A model generated the notes under the pieces. That model saw only the letters and a list, made by a program, of their open reading frames with translations. It ran no database searches and was not told the origin of the DNA. Source: Paraspadella gotoi (lineage: Eukaryota; Animalia; Chaetognatha). From it: a stretch of 64,000 nucleotides of DNA. Where the stretch lies: assembly GCA_051294375.1 (NCBI GenBank), contig CM119263.1:5082740-5146739 (forward strand), written 5' to 3'. Positions 1 to 18,957 of this stretch are shown piece by piece. Position 1 is the first letter of the stretch; every line of letters starts with the position of its first letter. The translations under genes were made by a program, and so were the position numbers.

Positions 1-1380
1 AGATACCGACAGCGGCATCGATGCCGTCGTTTTGTTTCGGTTTCTTTCTCTCGCGAACGAAGATAAAATCCGCGTTTCTTGTCTTTTTGTTTTTTCCCGG
101 CGGAAAAATCGGTGTCTGTTGTTGTTGTTGTTGTTGTTTTTGTTTTTGTTGTTTTTGTTGTTTTTGTTGTTTTTGTTGTTTTTGTTGGTTTTGTTGTTTT
201 TGTCGTTTTTGTTGTTTTTGATGTTTTTGTTGTTGTTGTTGTTTTTGTTGTTGTTGTTTTTGTTGTTTTTGTTGTTGTTGACGCAAAGGTTTGAACTTTT
301 ACGCTGTCGTCGTCGTCGTCGTCGAGAAGATTCTAATACTTCCTTCAATCTTACTAAAATCTTTTTTTTTCCAATTTCCCTTTTGCCTTCGATCTCCATT
401 TAAATTCTATTTTCTACCTCCTTTCTTTTTTCTTTTCTCTCCTTTTCCTTATCTCTCTCCCTCTCCTATCTTCTCTTTTCCCTCTCTCCTCTCCTCTCTC
501 CTCTCCATCTCTTTCGCCTCTCTCCCCTCCTCTCCTTCCCTCTCCCCTCTTCTTTTTCACCTCTCTCCTTTCCTCTCTCTCCTTTCCTCCCAAACAGAGG
601 CAATCATTTTTATTTGAAGAGTCGCGCTTTTTTGCCGCAAGAACGTGCCACCGGTGAAGGAATGCTGTAAAGAAGGTGCGGCCATGCTGCATTAGATTGA
701 TTGCGTAAGCAACAAGATACGTTTGAATGCTTAAAATGGTTGAAGTCAAAAATATTAGTGAAGAGAATGTTTAATAAATTTAATGTTTAATGTTTATAGT
801 TTAATGTGACTACACTAACACTAAACTGGAAAATAATTAGAATTTCAATAAGGGCATGAACCTAGTTCAATCCTCTGTCTCAAAGTGGCACATACACTAA
901 TCTCAAATGCTGTAGATACCGACAGCGGCATCGATGCCGTCGTTTTGTTTCGGTTTCTTTCTCTCTGCGAACGACAAGATAAAATCCGCGTTTCTTGTCT
1001 TTTTTGTTTTTTCCCGGCGGAAAAATCGGTGTCTGTTGTTGTTGTTGTTGTTGTTTTTTTTGTTTTTGTTGTTTTTTGTTGTTTTTGTTGTTTTTTGTTG
1101 TTTTGGTTGTTTTTGTCGTTTTTGTTGTTTTTGATTGTTTTTGTTGTTGTTGTTGTTTTTGTTGTTGTTGTTTTTGTTGTTTTTGTTGTTGTTGACGCAA
1201 AGGTTTGAAACTTTTACGCTGTTGTCGTCGTCGGTCGTCGTGTCGTCGTCGTCGTCGTCGTCGTTAGGACTTTAGCCTTTACCTGCGACTCGTCATTTCA
1301 TGGACGTCGATCTCAAGGAGAGAAAGAAGGAGGAGGAGGCGGGAGTAGGACAGAGGAGCATTAGGAAATACCTGGAGAGA

Positions 1381-1468
<88 letters not shown>

Positions 1469-1493
1469 NNNNNNNNNNNNNNNNNNNNNNNNN
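1469..1493. other. 25-N placeholder gap (also 2081-2105, 5327-5351, 45483-45507); longer gaps at ~42373-42620, 43294-43528, 44070-44164, 62547-62765
   Basis: N runs counted directly; nearly all abut microsatellites or minisatellites. Confidence 0.95.
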
Positions 1494-1640
1494 TCGTCGT
1501 GGTCGTCGTCGTCGTCGTCGTCTAGGACTATTAGCCTTTTACCTGCGACTCGTCATTTCTGGACGTCGAGAGAGAGAGAGAGAGAGAGATTGACAAGTGC
1601 ACATGACGAAAAAAAGCGAAGACCCATCAAACCAGCGGAA

Positions 1641-1710
1641 GTTATGTCATCAACTTATGTCATCAACTTATGTCATCAACTTATGTCATCAACTTATGTC
1701 ATTAACTTAA
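1641..1710. repeat. 13-bp minisatellite (TCATCAACTTATG)n; second copy ~3370-3435
   Basis: About five direct tandem units visible. Confidence 0.9.
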
Positions 1711-3187
1711 GTAAAATTATGTTTAAGTCGCTAAAATATATAATTGCAGCGACAACGGCGATGACGACGATGACGACAACGATGACTACGATGACGAAGA
1801 CAACGACGACGACGTCAATCACCATAGGAGAGGAAAGGATTAGAGGAAGAAGAGGAAGAGAAAACAAGAAAACAAGAAAACAAGAGTCTCATGTTTTGCC
1901 AGAAAAGTCGACGATAAAAATGTTTTCTTTTGGTGAAGATGATTTTTTTACATATTTGCTTTTTTTTTGCCCTTTTCTTCCCCCATCGCTTTCAGACTTC
2001 ATCGCTCTTCCCCGATCGCTATCAGACTTCATCGCTCTTCCCCGATCGCTTTCAGACTTCATCGCTCTTCCCCCATCGCTNNNNNNNNNNNNNNNNNNNN
2101 NNNNNAGAAGATTCTAATACTTCCTTCAATCTTATAAATCTTTTTTTTTCCAATTTCGCCTTTTGCTCGATCTCCATTTAAATTCTATTTTCTTACCTCC
2201 TTATCTTTTTTCTTCTCTCCTTTTCTTATCTCTCTCCCTCTCCTATCTTCTCGATTTTCCCTCTCTCCTCTCCTCTCTCCTCTCCATGCTCTTTCGGCCT
2301 CTCCATCCCCTCCTCTCCTCCCTCTCGCCCTCTTCTTTTCACCTCTCCTCCTCTCCTCTCTCCTCCTTTCTCTCCCAAACAGAGGCAATCATTTTTATTT
2401 TGAAGGAAGTCGCGCTTTTTTGCCGCAAGAACGTGCCACCGGTGAAGGACATGCTGTAAAGAAGGTGCGGCCATGCCTGCATTAGATTGTTGCGTACAGC
2501 AACAAGATACGTTTGAATGCTATTAAAATGGTTGAAGTCAAAAATATTAGTGAAGAGAATGTTTAATAAATTTAATGTTTTTAATGTTTATAGTTTTAAA
2601 TGTCGACTACACTAACACTAACCTGGAAAATAATAGAATTTCCAATAAGGGGCATGAACGCTAGTTTCAATCCTCTGTCTCAAAGTGGCACATACACTAA
2701 ATCTCAAACTGCTGTAGACATTACCGACAGCGGCATCGAGCCGTCCGTTTTGTTTCGGTTTCTTTCTCTCTGCGAACGACACGATAAAATCCGCGTTTCT
2801 TGTCTTTTGTTTTTCCCGGCGGAAAAATCGGTGTCCTGTTGTTGTTGTTGTTGTTGTTTTTTTTGTTTTTGTTGTTTTTGAGTGTTTTTGTGCTTTTTGT
2901 TGTTTTGTTGTTTTTGTCGTTTTTGCTTGTTTTGATTGTTTTTGTTGTTGTTGTTGTTTTTGTTGTTGTTGTTTTGTTGTTTTTGTTGTTGTGACGCAAA
3001 AGGTTTGAAACTTTTTTACGCTGTTGTCGGTCGTCGGTCGTCGTGGTCGTCGTCGTCGTCGTCGTCGTTAGGACTATTAGCCTTTACCTGCGACTCGTTC
3101 ATTTCATGGAACGTCGATCTCAAGGAGAGAAAGAAGGAGGAGGAGGCGGGAGTAGGACAGAGGAGCATTAGGAAATACCTGGAGAGA

Positions 3188-3296
<109 letters not shown>

Positions 3297-3709
3297 TGGA
3301 GGAGAGAGAGAGATTCGACAAGCTGCACATGACGAAAAAAAGCGAAGACACCCATGCAAACAGCGGAAAGTTATGTCATCAACTTTATGTCATCAACTTA
3401 TGTCATCAACTATGTCATCAACTATGTCATTACTTAGGCAGTAATTAGTTAAGGTCGCTAAAACTATATAATTCGCAGCGACACGGCGATGACGACGATG
3501 AACGACAACGATGACTACGATGACGAAAAGACAACCGACGACGACGTCAATGCACCATAGGAGAGGAAAGGATTAGAGGAGAAGAGGAAAGAAAGAACAA
3601 GAAAAGCAAGAAAACAAGAGTCTCATGTTTTGGCCAAGAAAAAAAGTCCGCACGATAAAAAATCGTTTTCTTTTGAATTATTTTGACATATTTCCTTTTT
3701 TTTTCCTTT

Positions 3710-4140
3710 CTTCCCCCATCGCTTTCAGACTTCATTCGCTCTTCCCCGTCTCGTATCAGACTTCCATCGCTCTTCCGCCGATCGCTTTCCAGACTTCATG
3801 CTCTTCCCCCATCCGCTTCAAACTTCAATCGCTCTTCCCCGATCGCTAACAGGCTTCATCGCCTCTTCCGATGCGCTTTCAGACTTTCTTTCCTATTTCC
3901 CGCCCGATCGCTTTCAGGCTTCATCCGCTCTTTCCCGCGTCGCTAACAGGCTTCCATCGCTCTTTCCCGATCGCTCGCTTTCAGACTTCATCGCTCTTCC
4001 CCCATCGCTTTCAGGCTTCATCGCTCTTTCCCGATCGCTTTCAGACTTCATCGCTCTTCCCCCATCGCTTTCAGACTTCATCGCTCTTCCCCAATCCCTT
4101 TTTGCCCTTTACTCCAATATCGCTCTTCCCCACATCGCTA
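3710..4140. repeat. 30-bp minisatellite (CTCTTCCCCGATCGCTTTCAGACTTCATCG)n; also 1975-2080
   Basis: More than ten tandem units, degraded by indels at the left end. No unique spacers. Confidence 0.9.
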
Positions 4141-4252
<112 letters not shown>

Positions 4253-4598
4253 AGGTCTCCTTTCCAACGCGAGTCAAAGAGAAATAAAAGTTTTCTGGGA
4301 TAAACAGACTTGGCTTCCGCTGCTGCCGCCGCTGCCGCCGCCGCCAAAGACCCAACCCCAAAGACTACGACGATAACGACGACGACGACGACGACGACGA
4401 CTAAACAAACCCTAAAATTAATGTGTTTCAAAACAGTGTTGGTGGAAACGGGGCGTGCCCAGACGTGTTCCGCTCGTCGACGTCGGAAGCCTTTTTAAAA
4501 GCAGACGAAATGAAATCTTTATGTTTTTTTCCGCCTCGAGAGGGACGAGAATGATGACGCTGACGACGACGATGACGAAGATGCAATGATGATGATGG

Positions 4599-4657
<59 letters not shown>

Positions 4658-4982
4658 ACGAATACAAAACCATAGTGACTACATTAATGATTTGCTATTA
4701 AGTGCTATTATCCTTTCTTCATGAAAAAGCTCATAGTATTAAAGCTAAGCTAAAGAAAGCTGAAATGACTTACCTTTTTTGAACGCGGCGAGCAGAAAGA
4801 GGGTTAGGAAAAAACAGGGATAGAAAGAAAGTTAGACAAAAATTGTTTAAAATTAAACAATTCAGTTTTTGTTTTTGGTCTGAATTTTTTAAAATGTTAA
4901 TCAGTCGTTTTGTATTCATATTTTGTTCTTTCTTGTGTCCTTTGTGGCCGGGCCAATGGAGGGAGAGAGAGAGTGAGAGAGT

Positions 4983-5040
<58 letters not shown>

Positions 5041-5380
5041 ATCTTTTTGTTCTTTCTCAATTTTTTTCCCTTTTGACATTCTAGTCCCTTTTGTTTTTCC
5101 CGGTTCTGTAATGGGTTTTTCCGCCGCTGCCGCCGCTGCGGACGCCGCCGCTGCCGTCGCTACGGACCGCGCTGTCGTTTATTCTCCTTTCTTATTCCGT
5201 CTTAGTCTTTTTACTTCCCCCAAAGATTTCCAATCTCATCGTCAAAATATTTTCTTTCTTTTGCTTTCTTTCTTACCCTCTCTCTTTTTATCTCTCTCTC
5301 TCTCTCTCTCTTTATCTCTCTCTCTCNNNNNNNNNNNNNNNNNNNNNNNNNTCTCTCTTCTTTATCTCTCTCTCTCTCTT

Positions 5381-5435
<55 letters not shown>

Positions 5436-5477
5436 TCTTTCTCTCCTCTCTCTCTTCTCCTCTCTCTCTCTTCTTTA

Positions 5478-5573
<96 letters not shown>

Positions 5574-5608
5574 TCCTGTCTCCTCTCTCTCTCTCTCAGT
5601 GCCATTTT

Positions 5609-10130
<4,522 letters not shown>

Positions 10131-10879
10131 ACCATCCGCCTTCTTCTCTCCGCCGCTTTTGTTTTAAAGAAAAACCATGAATGACTGAAGATTTCATTTT
10201 CTGGAGGATTGAATATGGGAGGGAGGAAGAGGAAGAGGAAGAGGAAGAGGGAGGAAGGGGGAGGAAGATGAAGGGGGAGGAAGAGGAAGGAGGAGGAAGA
10301 GGAAGGGGGAGGAAGAGGAGGAGGCAGAGGATGAGAAAGAGAGAAGGAAGAATTGAGTGGTGGATCAGAAGAGAAAATTGGAAAAAAAGGGAGGAAGATA
10401 CTGGAGGAACGAAGTCTTTAAAAGAGGAGAAAAGGAAGGAAAAGAAGAGGAAAGAAAATAAATGAAAAGAAGAGGAAAGAAAATAAAGGAAAAGAAGAGG
10501 AAAGAAAATAAAGGAAAAGAAGATAAGAAGAAGGAGGACGGAAGAAAAAAAGATAAAGAAGAAATAAGGGAAATAAGAAAAAAAAGGAAAGAAGAAAAAA
10601 AAGTAAAAGAAGGGAAAGATACAAAAGTAAAAAAAGGAAAAAGAAAAACAGGAGAAGAAAAAAAGAGGAAAGGGAGAGGAAAGAAAGATGGGGGAAGAAG
10701 GAAAAGAAAAAAGAAAAAATAGAAATAAGTAAAGAAAATAAAAGAAAAAAGAAGGTAGTGGAGGAAAGAAGATAGAAGAGGAAAGGGAGGAAAGGGAGGA
10801 AAGGGAGGTAACGGAGGAAAAAAGGGTCGAAGAAGAGGATCAAGTCTCGAGTCGCGCGAAGAATAAACAACGAAGACTC

Positions 10880-10910
<31 letters not shown>

Positions 10911-11022
10911 GCGATGACGAATATGACGACGACGACTAAAGGAAAGAATATTTTATTTAAAGCGTTGGTTTATTTAACCGGGGACCCGCGAGTTTTCGAG
11001 GCGTGGCGCGCTTATTCGAAAA

Positions 11023-11138
<116 letters not shown>

Positions 11139-11486
11139 ATAAAAGCTAAAAGGTTGGAATTCTTTTTCTGGAGAAAAATGCAATGGATTCATTTTTGTCG
11201 AGACTGAAAATTCAGAATTATGTCTCTCTCACTCTCTCTCTCCTCTCTCTTTCTCTCTCTCTCTTTCTCTCTCTCTCTTTCTCTTCTCCAGATATATATA
11301 ACAACCCATTGTTCACTCTCTCGATCGATATCTTTCTCGTCGCAACTCGACCATGAGTTTTTCACGAGCAGAAAAAAAAATTGCGCGCGCAAAGTCGCAA
11401 GATCTCACACGCAAAGTCACAGCACGAATACACACAAAATCACACGCTGTCACACGCAACGCTTTCACAAGCACTCACTGACTCAC

Positions 11487-11552
11487 TGCTAAAAATCGAT
11501 CGTGACAAGGTCTTCGCGGAACAGCTTGGTCCTGCTTGGACTTTGCAAGCAT
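11487..11552 (-). CDS. Candidate first coding exon MLAKSKQDQAVPRRPCHDRFLA
   Basis: gaaaATG context, 22 codons, phase-0 donor GTGAGT. A CCAAT/E-box cluster lies 70-170 bp upstream. Confidence 0.35.
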
Positions 11553-11620
11553 TTTCTCCCTTCTGCAATCACGACTTCTAATTGAGTCTCGAATTTTGTT
11601 TTGGTCCGTCGTCGTCGTTC

Positions 11621-11722
11621 AACCAATCATCTTAATCACGTGACCACACCTTCGCCAATCACGTGACCACACCTCCGGTCCTCCGCCAATCAAGTGACAA
11701 GTTTCCACTCTCATCACGTGAT
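11621..11722. promoter_or_regulatory. CCAAT-box + E-box (TCACGTGA) cluster
   Basis: CCAAT at 11623, 11655 and 11686; TCACGTGA at 11636, 11659 and 11714; TCAAGTGA at 11690. Confidence 0.45.
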
Positions 11723-11884
11723 AACCGTTCACCTCATTCAACCTTTGTATCTCTTCTCCATTTTTTAACTTGTTGTTGTTATTGTTGTAGTATTTGTTTC
11801 GCTGTTGTTGTTATTGTCGTTGTTTTTGTCGTTGACAGTTGTTGTTATTGTTGTCGATTTATTCTTCGTCGTGGTCAATTTCTA

Positions 11885-11922
<38 letters not shown>

Positions 11923-12011
11923 GGTCTTTGGCCCCAAAGCCGTTTCCGATGTTGACAGACACGTTAATGGCGTCCGCGTTATTGCCATAGCTGTCGTTAC
12001 TGTTGTGGCCT

Positions 12012-12049
<38 letters not shown>

Positions 12050-14768
12050 CCTCTTTTTACGGAGTTCTCCCTCCGGCGCCAGTGAGTGGCGACGCTTTAT
12101 GTGACTCGAGTAGAAGAGAGTGAACGCCTTCCATTGTGATATTCACTACAACTTTATTGTTTGGTACTTGTAGTTGACAAACATTGACTAGATTTTGGGA
12201 TTTTTTTTTTAAATATAAATATTGACTATATTTATTTATTGATTGAACCTTAACCCAGATTTTCAGTATTATTTCGTTATCGCCCATTAGTCTGACCGAC
12301 GTATGGTTATGGAGTAGTATGAATTCTGGAAAGGCTAATATTAAAAATTAAATAACCTCTTCTCGTTCGTCTTGTTTGTCTTCCGAGTTTCTTGAAAACT
12401 ACTTCGCAACAAAGTTTAAGATTTGGGGAGATTTGAAGTCGATTGCTTACTTATATATAAAATATTTATTTATAAATATAAAAAATATAATTTTATTATA
12501 TAATTTTATTAAATATTATAAAAACTAAGACTTAAAATAGTGAAACAAGTAATTTTGCAATTTTCTTAATTTAAATTTCTTGGTTTTTTCTTTTCATTAT
12601 TTTTTTTAACGATATTTTTTTTCTCTCCTTTTCATTTATTTCTTTTCCTTTCCTTCTTCCCTCTTTCTTTATTTCCTCATTTTATTTTCCTTTTTTCTTT
12701 ACCTTTTCATTTATTTCTTTTTCCTCATTTTTTTTATTTCTCCTCGTTTTTCATTCGCCACGTTTTTTCTCTCTTTTCCGCAGAAACGATTCACATGTTC
12801 TGTTTTTATTCCATTTTTATGTCGACACTCTCTCTCTCTCTCTCTCCTCGTCTCTCTCCTCTCTCTCTCCTTCTCTCTCTCTCTCTCTCTCTCACTCCAT
12901 TACCTTTCCCGCGCGGTTTATTTCAGGAATAAGAGTCAGCCATCTCGCGCTCAATAAAAACCTTTTTTAATCAACACACTCACCTCACCTAATGCAATTT
13001 GCCTCCTGCTTTTCTTGCTTGGATGATTCCGGCCTAAAAACAAACACCGCCATCTGGGTTCGAAAGACGACGACGACGACGACGATGAAGACGATGACGA
13101 TGAAGACGATGACGATGACGACGATGACGACGAAAACGACGATGATAACGATGATAACAAGTATTATGACGACAACGACAACGATGACGACGATAACGAT
13201 GAAGACGAAGAAGACAATAGAAACGACGACGACGTTAGCGACGACGTGGACGATGACTACGACAACAACGACAACAACAACCGGCAACGCGTCTGCAACA
13301 GGCTGATTAGTTTCCCCATCTTTTCCTCCCAACGAACATGAATTTTTCATGGGTTGGTGTCTCATCTGGTCGCTTCGCTTTCGAAGGAGCGTCAGGTTGT
13401 GAACCGGCTTAAGACCAGGTCGTCGTCGGAGTCGTTGTTGTTGTTGTTGCTGTTGTTGTTTTGAATTTGTAGGCTTCGTCGTTGTCGTCGTCATCTCTTG
13501 ATTCATGTGATTATTGAGCTTTTTATTTCCGGTCGAAAATTAAGCGCAGCTCGTCGTCGTCGTCATTTTCATAGTCATCATTGACGTCGTCGTTTCCGTC
13601 ATCGGCCAGATGCCATTCTCTTCTCTTCTCTTCTCTTCTCTTCTCTTCTCTTCTCTTCTCTTCTCTTCTCTTCTCTTCTCTTCTCTTCTCTTCATTCTAT
13701 TAATTTCAAATCGTCGCGCGAATTAAAAAAAATAAATCCTTTTTTTTTTTCATTTCGCTCAAACTTTGCGAGATTCACGATTTTTCACATTCACGACCGA
13801 AGCGTCTTTCACATCTACCAGCAGCCCACTTATCACTCCCACCCGCCCGATGACTCCCTTCTATCACTTCACCCTTACCTACCACTCTGCCATTTAACTC
13901 ACCCTGCCACTTCAACCGGCCACTTTACCTTTCCGACTTGCCATTTCACCAATTTTCCCTCACCCCTCCACCTTCCATTTTATCACTACCACCCACCCTT
14001 AACACCCTTCCCCTTCCCCGCTCCCCTTAACCCCCTCCTCCTTCCCCGCTCCCCTTTCCACCCTCCACCTTCCACCCTCCCCTTTCCACCTTCTACCTTC
14101 TTCCCCCTCTTCAATTCGTTCGACGTAATTTACGCTGCGAATTTAATGCGTTTTTGTCGTGAGTTAAACGCGACCGCCTCCCCCTTCCCGTTGCACCCTA
14201 TCCTCTCCCTTCTAACCCCTTTCTATCCACTTTCTATCCTCCTTTTACCCCATCCCCTCCCAAATTCCCCTACCGCGCCGTTTTTTCTCAAACCTGGAAA
14301 CGGAAAATTAGGGAAGCAGAAAAAAATGGGGAGATGGTAGAGAGAGAAACATAAGGGAAGGGAAGAAAGCAGAAAAAAAAGTGGAAGGAAGAGCGGAGAA
14401 AAAGCTGAAAGAAAAAAAAAGAAGCAGAAAAAAGCAAAGAAAGAAGAAGAATAAGATTCTAAATTTTAAATGAATAAACAAACGTGATAAAAAGGAAGGA
14501 AAGAAAATAAGAAAGAATAAAAAGAAAAAAGGATAAAAAAAAAAGAGCCACCGAAATTGAAATAAAAAAAAATAAAGATTGGTTAATGAGATTAAAAGAT
14601 ATAAAAGACAAGAAAAGCAAGCTGCTTGATCAATCTGAACCTTCTCCCCATCCGTTCCACGTGATGGTTGAGAGCAAAAGTAGAAAATAAAAAAAGCATA
14701 AGTAGCGGAGCAATCGAAAGTTTCGAGTCCCAACGACGAAAAGCGATTTGCTTTAATTGGGAAGGCCG

Positions 14769-14897
<129 letters not shown>

Positions 14898-15155
14898 CAG
14901 AGAGAGAGAGGACGACCATCATACGATTCCAAAGTTGATGAATTAAACACCATTCGGAGGTGAAAGAGAGAGGGAGACAGAGTGAGATAAAGAGAAATAG
15001 AGTCAGGCGGAGAGACAGACAGACCGACAGACACGCACTCTATTTATATCCCCAACTCTCTCCCTCATTCTCCTTTCGCGTAAAAAACAATAAAATTCCA
15101 ATAAATGAAATCGAAAGAGATAAACGTATCAGGATGGCAGATGTTTCCGCCATTG

Positions 15156-15218
<63 letters not shown>

Positions 15219-15589
15219 GACACCATAACACAAATACGCTACCAGATGAAGGAGATAGAAACTACAGCATCACAACAGCGGCATAATAATCTCTATCAAC
15301 TCCATAATTTTTGCTGTTGTGATGAATAAAGAATAAATAGTGAGTCGATGATCACAACATATATTTAATCCAATCCAATACTTTTTATATATTTTTACGA
15401 CGATATGTTATCCAAAATTTTATTTATTTACTTATTCAACTAGAGATATCTTATTGAGATAATCTATGATTTGCAGAAGCTATTTCGAAATGTGAATTGC
15501 AAAATTGTACAATGTTTACGATTTCACTCAAGTTTCACGGAATTTTGTGATTCGTGAAACGAATTACCTGATCAAGAATCTATGCTCTT

Positions 15590-15627
<38 letters not shown>

Positions 15628-15757
15628 TCCTCTCTCTCTCTGATCCATGAACGCCATAACATCATTTACACCTTTTCGTTTACGGCGATCAAAGAATTCA
15701 AACTCTTTCCCTCTCCTTTTCTTCCCCCCCTCCTTTTATGCTCTCTCTCTCTTACTC

Positions 15758-15815
<58 letters not shown>

Positions 15816-15873
15816 CGTCGAGCAAAAATGCATTTTTCAACTGGGGATTTAAGAGCAGATTTTGCGGATTCAG

Positions 15874-15906
<33 letters not shown>

Positions 15907-16040
15907 GGGGAGGGGAATCTAAGTGTATTAAATGTACATCTTCTCTTATGAATTTTACATTTTTTTTTCGGAATAATACCTATTTATTCAATCGATTACT
16001 CAACGATCGATAAAATGGCACGCGGACTTTCTCTCTTTTC

Positions 16041-16152
16041 GTGTCGGCACCTGCATCGGCATCCGAACCTGCGTCGGCATCTGCGTCGGCATCTGCGTCG
16101 GCATCTGCGTCGGCATCTGCGTCGGCACTCGCATGGGCACCCGCGTCGGCAC
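16041..16152. repeat. 12-bp minisatellite (GCGTCGGCATCT)n
   Basis: Tandem units; source of the SASASA / RRHL / PTQM ORFs. Confidence 0.85.
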
Positions 16153-16216
16153 AAATACAAACATTCGAGGAAATCCAGGCATCACTTTTTCCGATGGAGC
16201 AATTTTCAATCTCTCT

Positions 16217-16310
<94 letters not shown>

Positions 16311-17648
16311 TCTTGTTCTCTCTCTCTCTCTCTTCCGCTTCTGTTTCAAAGATTCCCATCGGAAGTGAGGTTAAAAGTTCCAAAGAGTCAAAGATCAAAG
16401 TTCGCGGGGTTGAGCCAGGCCCAACTCTAACCTCCTCTCTTCTCTCGTCTCTTCTCTCTCTCTCTCTCTCTTGAAGCCGAGGCACAATTTTTTCCCCGTG
16501 TAGATGGTTAGGTGTGCGAGTTTCGATTGCTAGAAATATTTATCAAATTATATTTATATATTTTTATACGTACATATATTGGATATAAACCATTATTTTT
16601 TTATTAATAGCAAAAACGAAAAATCTTAGAAATTTGTAATATTCTCCTTAATATAAATGAACATATTTTTTTGAATAAATAGATGTTTTACTTGACGGAT
16701 ACATACATTCTGTTGCAAAAAGTCTTTTTATACAATTAAAAGAACCTAAAGGTGAAACATTTCTGTAGAAATGATTTTTAAAATAACGTTAATTTTACCT
16801 ATCAATTAGAGTTGATGATTGTCCGGTTCTATTTAAAATCACTTGTTGGTAAAAATTTCCTCATAGCAATGCAGCAACTATCTTATTGGTTAGAAGAAAT
16901 AATTAGCTAAAAAATTGGTCCTCGCTAACAAAGATTGTCATTTTAAAATAATAATCATTAATCATTGTAAAATATTAATCATTGTAAAATATTAATCATT
17001 AATCATTGTAAAATATTAATCTCAGTTCCTGATTAGTCAATTTTAAATTTGATCACCAACTCTAGTTTCTGATTGGTTCAGTATTAGTATAAAAAGGAAC
17101 ATATTTTGTCGTATCATAGCCATAGGGCGTTCCAAGGACCACTGTTTGAATAATTATATAAACTTTATTGAAATAAAGTATTTTTTTTATTATTCCTTTT
17201 AGCTATAAGCTGACCGTTCACTTCTACATTTATCATCTGCAACTGAGTCACTATCATAAAAGGTACAAAATATAAAAGATTTCTGCTTCATCCAAGGTAT
17301 TGTTATTTAATCTATGAAAACTAAACTACCTAAACCAAACAATTTTATAAAATCTGCTGAATACTGGGTAATAAATAAAAAAAAATGCTAGGCTTAATTT
17401 TTTTTTTAAACTAAAGTTAATAATAAGTTTAAACACAAAAGAACGGATTACAACAATATGTAAATGAGATTATTGTGAGCGGGACGAAAACCAAGAAACC
17501 CCTTGACTGTGTTTCTTGCATGAATAATTATGAATCTTTATTTTACTCTTAATTGGCAATATTATAAAATATTTTCTTTTGTTCACCGAATAAGACGGAT
17601 AGTCATTGACACTCTACCGGTTTTTTTTTCGGACACCTTACTTTTTAA

Positions 17649-17682
17649 GTCGAGAGGGCGTTGAACCTAGAGGACTTCGAGA
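17649..17682 (+). CDS. Candidate ~34-nt micro-exon (ERALNLEDFE or REGVEPRGLRE frame)
   Basis: Pyrimidine tract ..ccttactttttaag, a GC-balanced island in AT-rich DNA, donor AG|GTGAGG. Boundaries may be off by 1 nt. Confidence 0.35.
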
Positions 17683-18346
17683 GGTGAGGAAGGAAGCAGG
17701 AGTGGGTATGGAAGGTTAGAGGACGAATAAGAAAGTGAGCAGTGGATTAGAAGATGAAAGGAGATAAAGAAAAGGGAGTAGGATGAGGGGTTAGTAAGGC
17801 GAAAAAAATTGATATGAAAAATCGCAAGATTACTATATTATTACTGTATTAGACTAAATTGGATTGAATCTAAAAATAAATGTAAAAGTTTAATAAATTC
17901 AACTATAAATTAGAATTAATTATTAATTATTTTATATTGTTTTATATTTGTTATTTATATTCTTTTATAGTGTAATGGGGAGAGGGATGTTAGTGTTGTC
18001 TTCTGGAAATAGAGGGAGCATCTATAAAACACAAAAAAGTTACTTTCTGCACTAGTTTTCTAGTTAGATATTAGACATCATTCTTGTTAATGTTAAGAAG
18101 TCATTTATTGAAAATTTCAAAATATCTAAAGGTCTAAACAGAAAGGGGTAGAGGGGAAAATTTGTTAGGAGCTTAAGGTTATTTAGGATTCGTTATTGTT
18201 GAGGGTTAAGACTACAGGGTAAAATTGTATGTTCTGATAGGGTTACATTCAAATAACATGCATCATGTATGAATGGGGTGAAGAATAATATGAATTGACG
18301 TCGACATCAAATTGAAACAACTGTAATTGTGACAGCAGCTTTAATA

Positions 18347-18387
<41 letters not shown>

Positions 18388-18835
18388 AACAAATAAAATC
18401 ACAACCACATCCGTCGAGTTTCGAGTTTCGAGAAACTCGGATTTCCGGGAATTTTATTCTCCGCGTTTTCATCATCTGTATTTCATCTCCCGGATGCTTC
18501 CCCCGTATGTAACTCATATCTGGGATCCTTCCCCCGTATGTAACCCAGATAATAATCCTGGATCTTTCTTTTTCTCGCCAACCTTTGTAGTCGTAAGTCA
18601 ATCTAATACTTTTTTTTGGAATACTCTCTAAATCATTATTCCCCCTTAATCACCCTCAATCATTCTCAGTTTCTCACTCACCCTCACTCACCTTTAATCA
18701 CCCTCACTCACCCTCACTCACCTTCACTCACCTTTAATCACCCTCACTCACCCGACAGATCGTGTGTCTCGTGAGAGAGACGTTTCTCATCACCCAAGGT
18801 CTTAACGTTTTTTCATCTTCAACTCTCTCTCTCTT

Positions 18836-18957
<122 letters not shown>

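Noticed and set aside
3710-4140. 30-bp repeat as a CRISPR array
   Set aside because: Units are contiguous with no unique spacers, there are no cas genes, and the context is eukaryotic.
11880-12290. Minus-strand coding-like frames (..VNITMEGVHSLLLESHK..; ..KKRDDDDEGHNSNDSYG..)
   Set aside because: Short, in different frames, with no convincing splice pair or recognisable domain.
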